This document shows positions 43,946 to 56,029 of a stretch of DNA of 64,000 bases, in pieces. A program made the translations under genes and the position numbers. This DNA is from Microthyrium microscopicum. Taxonomy: Eukaryota. The notes under the pieces were generated by a model. That model was not told the origin of the DNA. It was given only the letters and a program-made list of their open reading frames with translations, and searched no databases. The stretch lies in NCBI GenBank assembly GCA_010405405.1, contig MU004231.1, forward strand, positions 3,646,884 to 3,710,883. The letters run 5' to 3'. Positions within the stretch are counted from its first letter, which is position 1. The number at the start of each line of letters is the position of its first letter.

Positions 43946-46749
43946 TCACGATCGACCGGTGGAGTTTGCTATCGAGATATCCAAGTTACGCTCACGGATG
44001 ATAGGTGCGTATTTTGGCTCTCGCATAAACTTTGGAACAGAATCCTAAAATTTATTAGTAGATGGGGCGAGAAGGATGTTAGAAAGCTTACACTAGCCAT
44101 AAGCTTGAAGACGGAAGTTTGAGCTTGATCGAACAGACTGGCAACCTCATCAAGGCTGGCTATCGTGGCTTCATCATCACCAACGGCTCGAGTCATACGA
44201 GCTGCTAAAGCTGTTCGTAGAGAATGATCGATATTCAGCTCACATGGAGAGCCTGGAGCGAGGAATGCGTTATAGAGACCTAAAAGCTTGTTAGCTGATT
44301 TTTGCAATGTTGTTGATGACAAGCTCACTGTAAGCTGCTGCTAGAGTTTCTCGAATTGTATCCAGCCGTAATGATGGAGAGGCGCGCTTTGCAGTGTTGT
44401 AGTTTGTGAGGAATTCCTTAACATCCAGGTAAAACGCTAAATTCTCTTCGCAATGAGTATCGCGCAGAAATTCTCTAAACAGTAGACGAAGTGCAGCATC
44501 GCGAATGATCACGGTCATGCGATTGGCATTGGAGTCTCTACCTCCTTCCATCCTTCTAGGAGCCATTCGCTCATTACCGTTTTGACTAGTGCTTCTAGCG
44601 CTTGGAATCCATCCTGCAACTCGTTGTCCCTTATCCGTAACGTAGTATATTGATGTCTTCAAAGGTGAGAATTTTCCAGGTTGAATCGTGCCTTCTACAG
44701 GATGTATTAGGCCGTACTCCACAAACAATCCAGCCAACTCGATTGTTTCCCTTCGGTCAACCATTGTGCAACAATCCATGAGCCAGTCTACCGCAGCCTT
44801 TCCGGTAAATGTGTTCCAGTATGTCTTGTCAGAAATCTTTCGTTCTCTGGCCATCTTAACGCCAACCAAACCAGTCTGATAGTCAGTAACTGAATCCGAG
44901 TCTGAATTGGCCGTACTCCATTTCAAATTTGGACCGTCCTGCCCCACGAATCGGCGAAAAACAACCTCTATTGTAGCTTGATCCCGATATATTCTATCGC
45001 CGTCGGATTCACGCTCTAGAAGCACAAGGTGCATTGTGTTTCTGGGAGATTCGAGCAAAAGCTGGACATGTCGTTGATTGATCCCGTTTCGATTGCAGAA
45101 TCGTTGCAAAATATGCATGCCCTTGGGTGTGAGCTGCCATACTGCGTTCTTTGATGAAAAATCGTTCCGTCCATCAACAGACTCAACAAATCTGGCTTCA
45201 AGAAATTTTTGACAAACTGATTTAGCCATTTCTCGAGCCATTGAAAAAGTTGTCGTCGTCGTTGTAGTTACGATTCTAGATGGGTCTTTCGGATCCGGCA
45301 TGCGGTTCGATTGTGAAAATTTCAGCGAGCCAAGATTTGTTATAGCCTCATCAGATGTGAATGTGTGATCTATCCGTTGAAAGCGCACGCGGTGGGGTGT
45401 GAGAGGAAGGCTGACCATCAAAGTTGAGAAGAGATCTTTGAAATCCTAGAGGAAAAATTAGCATATGAATTCTTGGCAGAAAGTACCGGCAACGACAAAT
45501 AATGAATTTGTAGACCTCCAGGATGGAAAGCAAGCAAACGCATTGGGTTGGGATTGTGACGTGCAGGTAAGATCATCGCAATGCCACGAGGAAGCTACAG
45601 GCAAGCTCCAGGAGCTCGAAGACAGGATGCAGATCGCGAAATAGGGCAAAAAGACACCAGAGTACTACTCACTCTTGTATAGGGCCGCTCATCTTCGGTC
45701 ATGCGAAGGAGCCTTGAAGATGTTTGATGCATCTTGCGTGAAATATCGTGTTCACTGATTGTCTGAAGATGTCGTAAAGCCTCAATGGGGACGGACAACC
45801 AAGTAGCCGCAGTCGAGGTAAATATCCTCGGAATGCCTTGCTCAGTGAACAGAGATGGCGGTTGGCTCTTTTTGAGGGAATTGCTGAACCTTCGGGCGAC
45901 ACTGGGTCTACGGCTAGGTACAGGAGACGGAGTAGTAGTAGGATATGGCTTAGAGGGGTTGCGGGATTGTGCTACCTGGGCGGGATTACACGACGTCCGA
46001 GACAGCACGTTACCAGATCTTGATTCCTGGTCGCCGGAATTGTCGCGTGGCAGCGAAGCTGTACTACCAGTGATTGTAGCTTGAGATGATTGCGCGAATA
46101 GCGAGGTGGAAGAGGTTCTTCGCCAAACACGAGAGAAGGTGGACTGGTATGATTCGGATCTAGCAGACGACGATGCTAGGCGAGACAATAGTGAGGGGAC
46201 GCGACTTCGACTTGTGGAGCGACTTTCTGACAAGCTAGGGGCGGGGGAACCAGCTCGGGATGAATAGGAGGAATTGCAACAAGTCTGGGACTGAAGTGCG
46301 GGATCTTGTGGGCTATCGCTATCGAAAACCACAGATGAGACTGGGGAAGGTGAAGCAGCGGAATGGAGGTGTATAGGGGGAGTAGCAACAGCAATAGGAC
46401 CAGTTTTGATAGAGTCGAGAGATGGAATTACAGTAGAGGCAGAGGAGACCACGGAATTGCGATCAACGGCAGGGAGAATTGTAGAGGAAGAATTTGACGA
46501 GGAGGAGTGGTGATAAAGCTGGATTTGGGAAGTGGAGTCAAGGCCAGAGAGGGTAGTGGTGAGTGAGGTGTTGGAGACGGCAGGGCTAGGTGCTGAACTG
46601 GACCTTGACTGGGAGATGGCGGCGATAGAAGCAGAGCTGGTGGACTGCAGCAATGCAGCAGTAGTAGTACTAGGAGTAGTAGTGGTGGTGATGTTGGCGG
46701 AAGATATTGGTGAAGATGGCCTGGGGGGAAAGGAAGAAGACGGTAGCAT
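43946..46749 (-). CDS. flbA: Regulator of G-protein signalling, FlbA/Sst2 type (two DEP domains + RGS); exons 46749-45673, 45445-44329, 44279-44092, 44044-43946
   Basis: MHQTSSRLLRMTEDERPYTR|DFKDLFSTL, FSQSNRMPDPKDPSRIVTTTTTTTFSMA, FTGKAAVDWLMDCCT, LFREFLRDTHCEENL.FY, FLAPGSPCELNID and LMAS|DSVPKF. Introns 227, 49, 47 nt. The start may be 46749 (Ser/Thr-rich N-terminus) or the internal Met near 45731. Confidence 0.92.
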
Positions 46750-49722
46750 GCCCGTTGCAAAAGTGGTGTTCGGGTGGTAAATGAGAATTAGTTTGGGGTT
46801 AGCTTAGGTTACCACGAGGGCGACACGGTCCTCTCAGATCCTGTGCCTTGTGGGGCCCTTCCTTGGGTGGGTACTAGGTACTGTATTGTAGTCTGTGGGT
46901 GTTTGGGTACCTACCATGTAGGTAGGCACAGTAGTTGGCTTTGATGTGCGGCTACTGCTTTTAGCAATAATTGAGCACCACCAGTTCCTACTGCAGGCTT
47001 CCTAGACAGGAAAGGAACACCACGCGCGCTGCACGCTGCACTACCTGTTACTACTAGAGTACGGCTCCGTTGGTGTGGAAGCCAGATCCCACAAGTAGAC
47101 AAGACTGGCAAGTGGGCTTCGAAAAGGGCAGGAACACCCTGCGATCCCGTCACTTCCTTCCAAATTCCACGGTCCAGTCTGCAGTTGTGTTTGCAGCCAA
47201 GCAATGCCCAATCCCAACAGCGCGAGATTATTCGGACCGTACAGACTGAATGACTGATTGTATCGAGCCGGGCGCTGAGCTTTGCTTGCTCACAATTGGC
47301 AATGTCTGAGATTAGAAGCTGTTCTTGGATCCGAAATTTCAAGAGCCGCGATGTCCAGCGTTTCTGATATCTGCCACAGTGCCAATAGAGATCTCAACCT
47401 CCACGAAACCTTAGACAACTTACCCAAGCTGCTGGATTGCGAGAGCTAGTTGACAATGAACCGTTCCGTTAGCATCAATGGCGCTCTCTATCAGACCAGG
47501 GACGCTTGTTTCCGACCTTGTGGCCGTGCAATAGTCGTTCGAAATGTCAGCTGCTATACGCCAGTCGGGTTGGTTTCAAGTGTAATAATTAGCAGCCGTA
47601 GTGAGCTGCTTGCCGTTGGACGGTGCACAGGCGAGACAAGGGCGGCTCAGGCTGAAGCGAGTATTATTGGAAAAGCACCGAATGTTGAATGTCGAAAAAG
47701 AGGCCTGTCGTGCTAAAACGTCTAGCGGACCAGATTTCGGTACGCTGTTCATGAAGCGCCGAAACGATATGCACTTGGTCTGTTTTACACGCTGTGGACG
47801 TGGGAAAACAATCGTACAAAGTGTCTGCACTTCATGCCCTGTCCTTGTTTGTACTAGACTGGGAGCACAGAGTGAATGGGTACCGCGTGCCAGCAAGCAC
47901 ACTCAACGTGGCAGTGAGGACGAGCAAGGACAGTCGCAGGGACTCAGGGAGCCGTCTCAGGGATTCGCGGGACAAAGAGGGCGACTGCGCAAGGGTCGGA
48001 CGCCAGAAGAAAGTTCAAGGAACAGGGTAGAGACCAAGCAAGTGCTTTTAACAATAACAAATTGCTATATAGCTAGCCGAGGCGATATTATTGACAAGCA
48101 GCGAAAGGTTTTTGAAGGATGATGGAAGCACCTTTGAACTCGAGAAATAACAACCAGCAAAAGTTGCGATTATTTACTAAATTACTAACCAACGTCCATC
48201 ACTTCATCTCCTGTCATGCCGCTCAGAGTGCAAATCGGGCAAGCCAAGTGCGAATTGGGACGGCAACAGACGATCTCTGCCGTTTCTCCTGAAGGATTGT
48301 CTGCCACAGCTCCAACAAAGAGACCAGATGGCAGAAAAGCAGACCACAACCCAAAGCGGCACACAGAGTGCGGTCAGGGATGAACATGGATGCGCTGCCA
48401 GGAATTAACATGGGAGGCCTGCAGCCATGCTCACGGTGCAGAAAGCACGTTAATTTTGCAAATCTTGCTCGTTGATCGCCCAGAGGCAAGCGAACACTGC
48501 ATGGCAACTCTCCTGCTCGCGTGGTACCCCTGGTTGGTCTTTCGGCTTACAATGCTTTGATTCGCCTCACCTTGATGAGCATTCTTGGCTGTTGAAATGA
48601 ATGGCCAGTTCAGCTCTCTGTATGCCACCCTGTTGATACTTCTGGAAATGATTGACAATGCCAGTGCTCCAACAGCCTTTCATTTATATCTTAGGCTCCG
48701 TCCGAGCTTCCCGAATTTTGAGCGAGATTGCGGCTGGAGCCAAAGTCCCCGGGTATTAAATCTCCGACACGCTCGCTCAGATCTCTCTGCCAGCCAAACC
48801 ATTCATCAAGCCCATTATTGAAAAAGTGGCTCACCCATAGCGCTACAGACCACGGCTTTGGATTTTGTGATACGTTGAACTTCGACCATACATTATACTT
48901 GACTGCCTGCTTGCAATCAGCTAAGGTATGCTATCACACTACCATTGGGCTATGAGGCCTTCCGAATGAGCTCACTTTTGCTGCTACGAACGCTTGACGT
49001 TAGGCATCTTCCACAAATTACATTTATCTTATGCAGTCTTTGCGCATCGAAAAAGCAAACCCCACTACATCTCGACACCTGCACCGGATCGTACAGTTTG
49101 CATTGCGCGAGAAATGCTTGATTTTGGCGTTTGTAAGACTCGGTCTAGAATGTTGTTGCTTTTCTAGATCTTTCATCGGCCAATGATCAAGCTCCAGGCA
49201 ACGTGTCTGTGCTATCGCATGTTCTATTCCACTCAAAGAGATGTTGACTGCAGTTGTAACTGTGATTGAACTCAAAAAAAGAGTGTCGTCGTGCAAAACA
49301 TCTCACAGAAAGATGGAACTCGTACAATCTCGATTTGATTGGTGGAGGTAATCTGACTCATCTTGATGCCACGCATTTTCCACATGGCCAACAGCTTCGG
49401 CTCGTGGTTTCCACATGGCGTTTATGCGAGACTCTGTTTCATGAGCTGTAATACCGGTGACCACTTATGAAGATATATTACCAATTTTGGACAGCATAGC
49501 ACACTAGATTAGTACAATTATTGGTCTATCGCTCGGCAACTTCCGATCCATAAGTGAATGACTGAGACTAACTTGCTTGTTCATGCTTACATGACGGTGG
49601 ATTTTGACGACTGCATATTATCGCCAGTTTGGCGCCCATCATGCAGCTCTTCAAGAATTACCACGCGAGGGCAGAAGGAAGAACCGTCATTTCCATTCAA
49701 TTGTTCCATTACCTCCACTACT

Positions 49723-52700
49723 GGGGAGGGTTAGCAAACCAAATCGTGCCAAATTAATTTGAGTGTTTTCTAGCCAAATCTAGGTTAGGAGGCGTTAGCG
49801 CTTAAATCTATAAGTATCACGTAGAGATAATGCGTCACATACAAATTTCCCCTACACACGTTTTCCTACTATAACGTTACTATATTTTAATCTATCTTAA
49901 CCAAAAAGAGCCTAAAATAGATGCTATTAAAGTTAATGATATCAAGATAGCTACTATTAATGTTTTAGTAATGCTAATATATAAGATGCTTAACAACGAA
50001 CGATAAGATAAAGAATATAGGCTACTAATTAAATATATGCTATTTAATTAGTATCTTAAAGATAAGTTAGAGTAAATATATAAAGTTAAATATTAGTATA
50101 CGCTATAAGCTTAGGTTAAAGTAATATCTATAATACTAATTAGTATATAATAGATTTAAGAAACATAAAATATAATAGCTAGCGGAAATATTTAATCTTA
50201 ATAACGTTCCTCTTCTATATTAAATTACACTACTAGATAAAGCTAATTTCCTATTATGTATAGTATACTATAAGCTTGCTAGAATTTATACCTACATTAA
50301 TATTTATTAGTACTTTAGAAGAAGTATTAGTTATATAAAGTTTTGCTTTAACGCCATATTATTATACTTATACTATAAATATATAAAGTTATTATTATAG
50401 TTCTACCCCCTCCTTATACTATTAAGATATAAATAATACGCTAGAGCTATTAATTATACTAGTAGTACATACAAATTTTAGGGCTAAATTAATAGAATAT
50501 ATATTAACATTAGTAAGCTAGAAGGCACCTAGATCTAGCAAGAATTCTATAGTAGTTATAAAGGAAACTACTATATAAAAACGTAAGCTATAGCTACGCC
50601 TAATAAAATATTACTAGTACTTAATTATAGCCACTTTAGATCCTCAAATGACCCCCTAATGTTAATTAATTCTAGTCTTAAAGATAAGATTTAATAGATG
50701 TTTAGTAATGATCTAAAGAAGCTATTATATAGCGACGTAGCTTATCTTACTAACGATATAATTATATCTCTATACTAGGGTACAGAATTACCCCTTTAGT
50801 AGTAGAACTTTAATCTATAATAAGCTAGTATTTGTGTTGTTATAGAGTAGATGTTTGTCATTTTAAAGAACTCATAGTAAGGAGGGACGTCTAACTATAG
50901 GCATAATATATAGATAGGATTAATACCTATAGTATATTATTAAACCATATTAGTATTGCTTTAGAACTATAGAATAGTATTATAAGAATATAATCTTATT
51001 TAGAGTCGTTTTAAGGTTTTACTACTATTAATTAATAAATATTTAAATCCTATAAGTATATTTAATATTCTAATGCTATTAGAAGGGGAAGAATAAAATA
51101 ATTTAAACGATATAGAATAGTTATAGTATTTATTAAAGATATTAAAGTTATAAAGTAAAGTTAAATATTCTTATTAAAGAAGGAAAAGTTAATAAAGTAG
51201 GGTTAGCCAATTATTTAACCCTTTTATATACTTTTAAAGCTTTTAGTATCTATTATAAGATTTATATAAAAACTATATTCTAACGCTATTACTAAATTAT
51301 ATAGAGAATACTAGAATACTCTTACTAACGTCTATTACCTATAAGACCCTTTAATAACTTCTTTATCTTCGTTATCTCTAAGCGTAATCTATTTACTTCT
51401 TCTCTTAGACTTATAACTTTACCTTCTTTACTACTACCACTATTACTACCTATAAGATTATTAGCACTACTACTACTATATTTATTTTAATCTCTAAAAG
51501 CCTAAATAATTAATTTAGACATCTTTATAATAACATTTTTTAGTATACGAACTTCCTTAGTCCTTTTATACTTCTTTTGCGCTCTTAGAGTTAAAGTAGA
51601 AGCCCTTAAAAAATAAGGAATTACTAGAGAGGTAGAGGCACTTATAGGATTTAGCTATAAGTCGTTTAAACTAATATCTTATTATATCTCTACTAATATC
51701 TCTTTAGGATTATTAGATAATTCTTTAACATTACTATCGCTATCTAAAAGAATATTAATTAACAAGGTGCCCTTATCTATAAATCATTAAGTAAGATTAT
51801 TATACATTATAAAGCTATCTTCCTTCTATACCCTCTTTATATTAGAGATACTCTTTTTAGCGATAATAATATTATAATACTACGTCTAAATAGGTTCAAA
51901 TTAATTAAGCGCCTATCTAAATTTATTATATAAAATATTGTACCCTAATAGATTCTTTCTCTCTACTATCTATAAAGGAATTACTCTCTCTATTACTACT
52001 ATATATACTACTCTAGTAAGTCCCTTATCTATTATAAGGTTCTTCTTAGTTTTAAAGAAGATAGAAACTACGTACTACTACTAGATCTTCTACCCTACGA
52101 TAGCTTCTCTACTAATACTACTATAAGTATTAATCTTCTCTAAATAGTAATATAAAACTATAATTAACGCTAGTATAGCCTAATTAAGGTTCCACTTTCT
52201 ACCCCTTAAGGGCATTAAAGATATTAGAATTATAAGAACTATAGGTACTAGAGTTATAGGAACTATAGGTGCTAGCATAGTAGTAAATGCTCGCTATAAA
52301 GAGAAGAGTAAATAAGGCTCTAGCTAGCTCTATAATAGTAATATTAGCATAAACTAATCTAAAGATAGCAACATAGTACTATTTTAGCGTACATCCCTAT
52401 ATTATAGTTAAGGCTAGAAATCCTATAGTAACGACGGTAGCATTCGCTAAGAATTAGTCTTCTAGCCAAATTCTTATATCTATAAGCCTATAGTAAAGTC
52501 AAAGTTAGAATTTTAGCTAAAATACGCCCTACTATAGAGTGTTTACGTAAGAGTTGTCTTATTAACGTTATAGGCTTCCTTAAATAACTCTAGATATTAT
52601 AATTCTTATAGTTCTTATAATTCTTATAATTTTTGCTATTATAGAGGGCGCTAAATTAACTCTACTAGTAAGAAATTAGTATCGTTTAGTAAGTATTATA

Positions 52701-53046
52701 GATTTAAAGATATACTAATGATATAAATAAATTTATATAGTATTTTACTACCTATAGCTATGCTAGAGATTTATTTAACTTTATTAACTTTAATAGCTTT
52801 AGTACCTTTAGGATATACTCTCCTAACGATATTCTTAGACCTATAGATCTATAGATTAACAGTATATCGTTAAAACAACAATAAGCTAATCCTATCTTAG
52901 TATTACTAAACCCTTTTAATTAAATCAAATTAAGGTTAAGCCGCTAGACCTAAGGTCTAGCGAGTCGACCTTAATTTAATTATCTAACGATTTTGGGTAA
53001 AGATCTACAAATCAATTTAGCACGATTTGGTTTGCTAACCCTCCCC
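49723..53046 (+). mobile_element. RIP-inactivated PIF/Harbinger-family DNA transposon (3324 bp), 39-bp TIRs, 3-bp TSD ACT
   Basis: Left end GGGGAGGGTTAGCAAACCAAATCGTGCCAAATTAATTTG matches the reverse complement of the right end with 2 transitions. ACT lies on both sides (49720-49722, 53047-53049). De-RIP reading on + gives WG.IDGT...FYSG.KG.H..K.QA.ATPDG (~50476-50610), YGD.AY (~50728) and RVVIE.MF (~50833), i.e. DDE_Tnp_4-type catalytic motifs. The right half probably held the second gene. Confidence 0.88.
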
Positions 53047-56029
53047 ACTCTAACACGATTTTAAATGCAGATCGAAGAAACCCGCCTTAATATAGATTTG
53101 CCGTGGTCGTTTCTAGTGAATCTGGATATCCCTTTTGATATGCATTCCAGGGATTTTAATAGTACTCTACTCCTAGTCATTGGCGGTAGCCTGATCTCAT
53201 CCACATCGTCGGAATCTAGAGGATTTCTCTTGCCAACCCCGCATACCTGGTCGGAACAGCATTATTTGTTTTATTATCATGTACTTCCAAGGAGTTAGTT
53301 ACATTGTACGCGTGCGTTTTTGATGGGTACTGTTCAACAAGATTTGATATAGATCACTCCACTCAGAATACGTATTTTGATATACCAATCTGCTGGTCCG
53401 TACAGCATTATTGTTTCAGCAAAGTGACAGAATTCTCTTATCGACTACAGCCGCATTCTGTTCCGGTTTACCCAATCCATCCTTCTCCATTTCACTTTTC
53501 TCACAATAGGTATACTCCAATGGTTAGTAGTAAATTAGTAACGTAATTTAAGCAAGGAGAACCTCCTCCCACAGCACTGGATATTATTGTGGATTGCTGT
53601 AGGGTAAATGATCTTCACATTCTTATCCCCGAGAATATCGAAATCCCAAACCATATCTGACCACTTTTGATGATGATCCTCACTTGAAATATTCAAACCA
53701 CTTCTCTTGCATGTTTGCTCTCAGTGCGCACATTCCTAGAAAACTAGTATAACAAGATCTAGACTTCTAGAGTCCCCAACCTTTCGGCCCATAGTTCAAG
53801 CTCTATCTAGGAGAAATATCGAATCCACTGCGGGCTTAGGGTATGCCCCAATGTATTGCTTCCACACCAAATGATTTGCGGTGAGAGTAAAAGCTACGAT
53901 CATCATACTGATCAACGATCTTGGTTTAGTCTTAGGCTTTAGCTTGCGGGCACTAGTATTCCGTCCTTCTTTCAACTCTCTTTAGCACACTGATTTCATC
54001 ATGTAGCCTCATCATTCATTGGTGGGAATAGAAATCAGCAGGTCTTTCACGGGACGATTCTGCACCTTGCATGTCAGTCTCTACTACTTAGTCAATTTAG
54101 TCTTAGAAACTTTACCGTTCAAAGTCATCGTTACTCGTAAATGTACTAGTTGCATAATCTTCAATTCTCTTTCAAGTTAGTGTTTCGTTAGCCACGTTAT
54201 CAGCTCCACAGAATACAGATCTCCAAAGCCCAAAGCAACTTTTGGCCCCTTTAGCATTTTCAGAAATGCAGTGAATAACCTTACACACACTGCACGCCGT
54301 CCGGTCTCCAAATGCGCGCATCCATTTGACTCACCATCTGACGAAAAGTCTTGTAATCTCCTCGGATTAAATAGGAGCAAAGTAGCCTACTACTACTGCA
54401 AGCCTAACAATGCCATGTGCCCGACTACTTGAATAATCACCGCAAGTCGCGCCGCCGCCAACCCAAGAACGTTGGTCACAGCGCATTATTAGGCGTGCAC
54501 CAGCCATCTTCCTTGCCAAACTCTAAGCACTTGTCATCCCACGCCAGCTCGCGTGGCCGCCCAGGCCCCGTTGACCACCTCACACGTGGCAATTAAGCGC
54601 AATCCCATCATAATTACACTTTTCCTTTTCCTCCTCCATATTCTTCACTATTTGTTCGCTTAGACAACACGCGTGCACGTCAACGGAAGAACCCGCACAA
54701 ATAGGTGGGTAATAAAAGGCCCGTCCACCCAACTCTTTCGGTTGGCTTGACAAGGGGAGTTTTGTCCAGACCATCGGGACGTTCGGCGACTGGCATATTC
54801 TTGCTACATTTCTGATAGGAGGCTGGGAATTGGACAGGGTCGCCGCGGTGGTTCATGCTGTCGGCGAAGGCTGGTCGGCAGAGGAGAAGAGCAGGCGTTA
54901 GTCCACAATTCAAACGACGGACAAAGAAGTTAGGACGGTTGCACTGTATCGTACGACTTTCGTTGGGTTTTCAGATTGACAGCAACGTTCAACGACAGGG
55001 TTTCAAATTTGCTGCTCTTAGATACAAAGTGGTAACTACAACCCTCAAAGGGCGAGCAGATCCCAGTCAGTGCACAGCGTGATTCTTAGGATCGGGATTT
55101 GATTCTTACCTCGTCGCTTTCAATATTATCAGCTTTCTTAATTCATCGAGCATACGGATCCATGATAATACTCTACAATTGGTGAGATTGAAGGTCATGA
55201 ACATCATATGTTCATGTCCAGTCGGCAAAACGTCGTTCTACTTTGAGAGCAGGATTAGGATCAATTTTATTGTTCCCATCATTTTCAACATCATATGATC
55301 TTGTCGGACCCTTCGAATCTTATTGTGCCAATCCTGACAATCTCATGTGATTTCTTGGACTCTAGAAGGATTCTAGAAAACAAGGCGAGGTGTAGTTTCG
55401 TTCAAAAGAGCAGGCATATCCTCGATTCTTCCTAGCACCCCGTTGTCCTCCAACCTGGATAATGCGAAATAGTCAAGGTCTACCCAAGGAGATGGTAGTA
55501 ATTCGCTAATGTCAACCATGAACCTCAAGTTCGGAGATCAAAGTTGCAGTGACTAGAGGGTGATAGACAGCTGTTTCTTACTTCAACTCTAGTGACTACA
55601 ATTATCGTCGTGGAAAATCCGTGTTGAATGATTTAGCAAAATACGTTCTATTGTAGTCGAAGTTTGGTAAGGTTATTGCGTATGATTGTTAAATGATTTT
55701 GTTGGACGTCTTTCACTTTCATTGCATGCTGCTTACACAAAAGCATTATCTAGGATATCATTTCCCGTTGTAGGCAATGCGATTCAAGCTCTGCATATGA
55801 ATTCCCACTAATCCTGCGATGCTTCTTCGGCTTCATCGCTACACGACCAGCAGCGAATTAATACTACTGATGAATGGCACACAAACATGTCCGGATAACC
55901 CGAGGGTTCGCTATATGGCACAGTGTTTCATTTGACACTAGTATATTTAGCATAATCCAAACAAGAACAGCTCCAGACGTTCATATCCCGGTTCCACATC
56001 GGGCTTATCACAGCTAACATGTGTTGACA

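Noticed and set aside
46911..49451. ORFs upstream of the RGS gene, including 47601-48122 (173 aa)
   Set aside because: No domain signal. Consistent with a long GC-balanced regulatory region.
53786..53838. tRNA-like words (GGCCCATAGTTCAAG...ATCGAATCC...GCGGGC)
   Set aside because: Only about 50 nt, with no anticodon arm or full cloverleaf.
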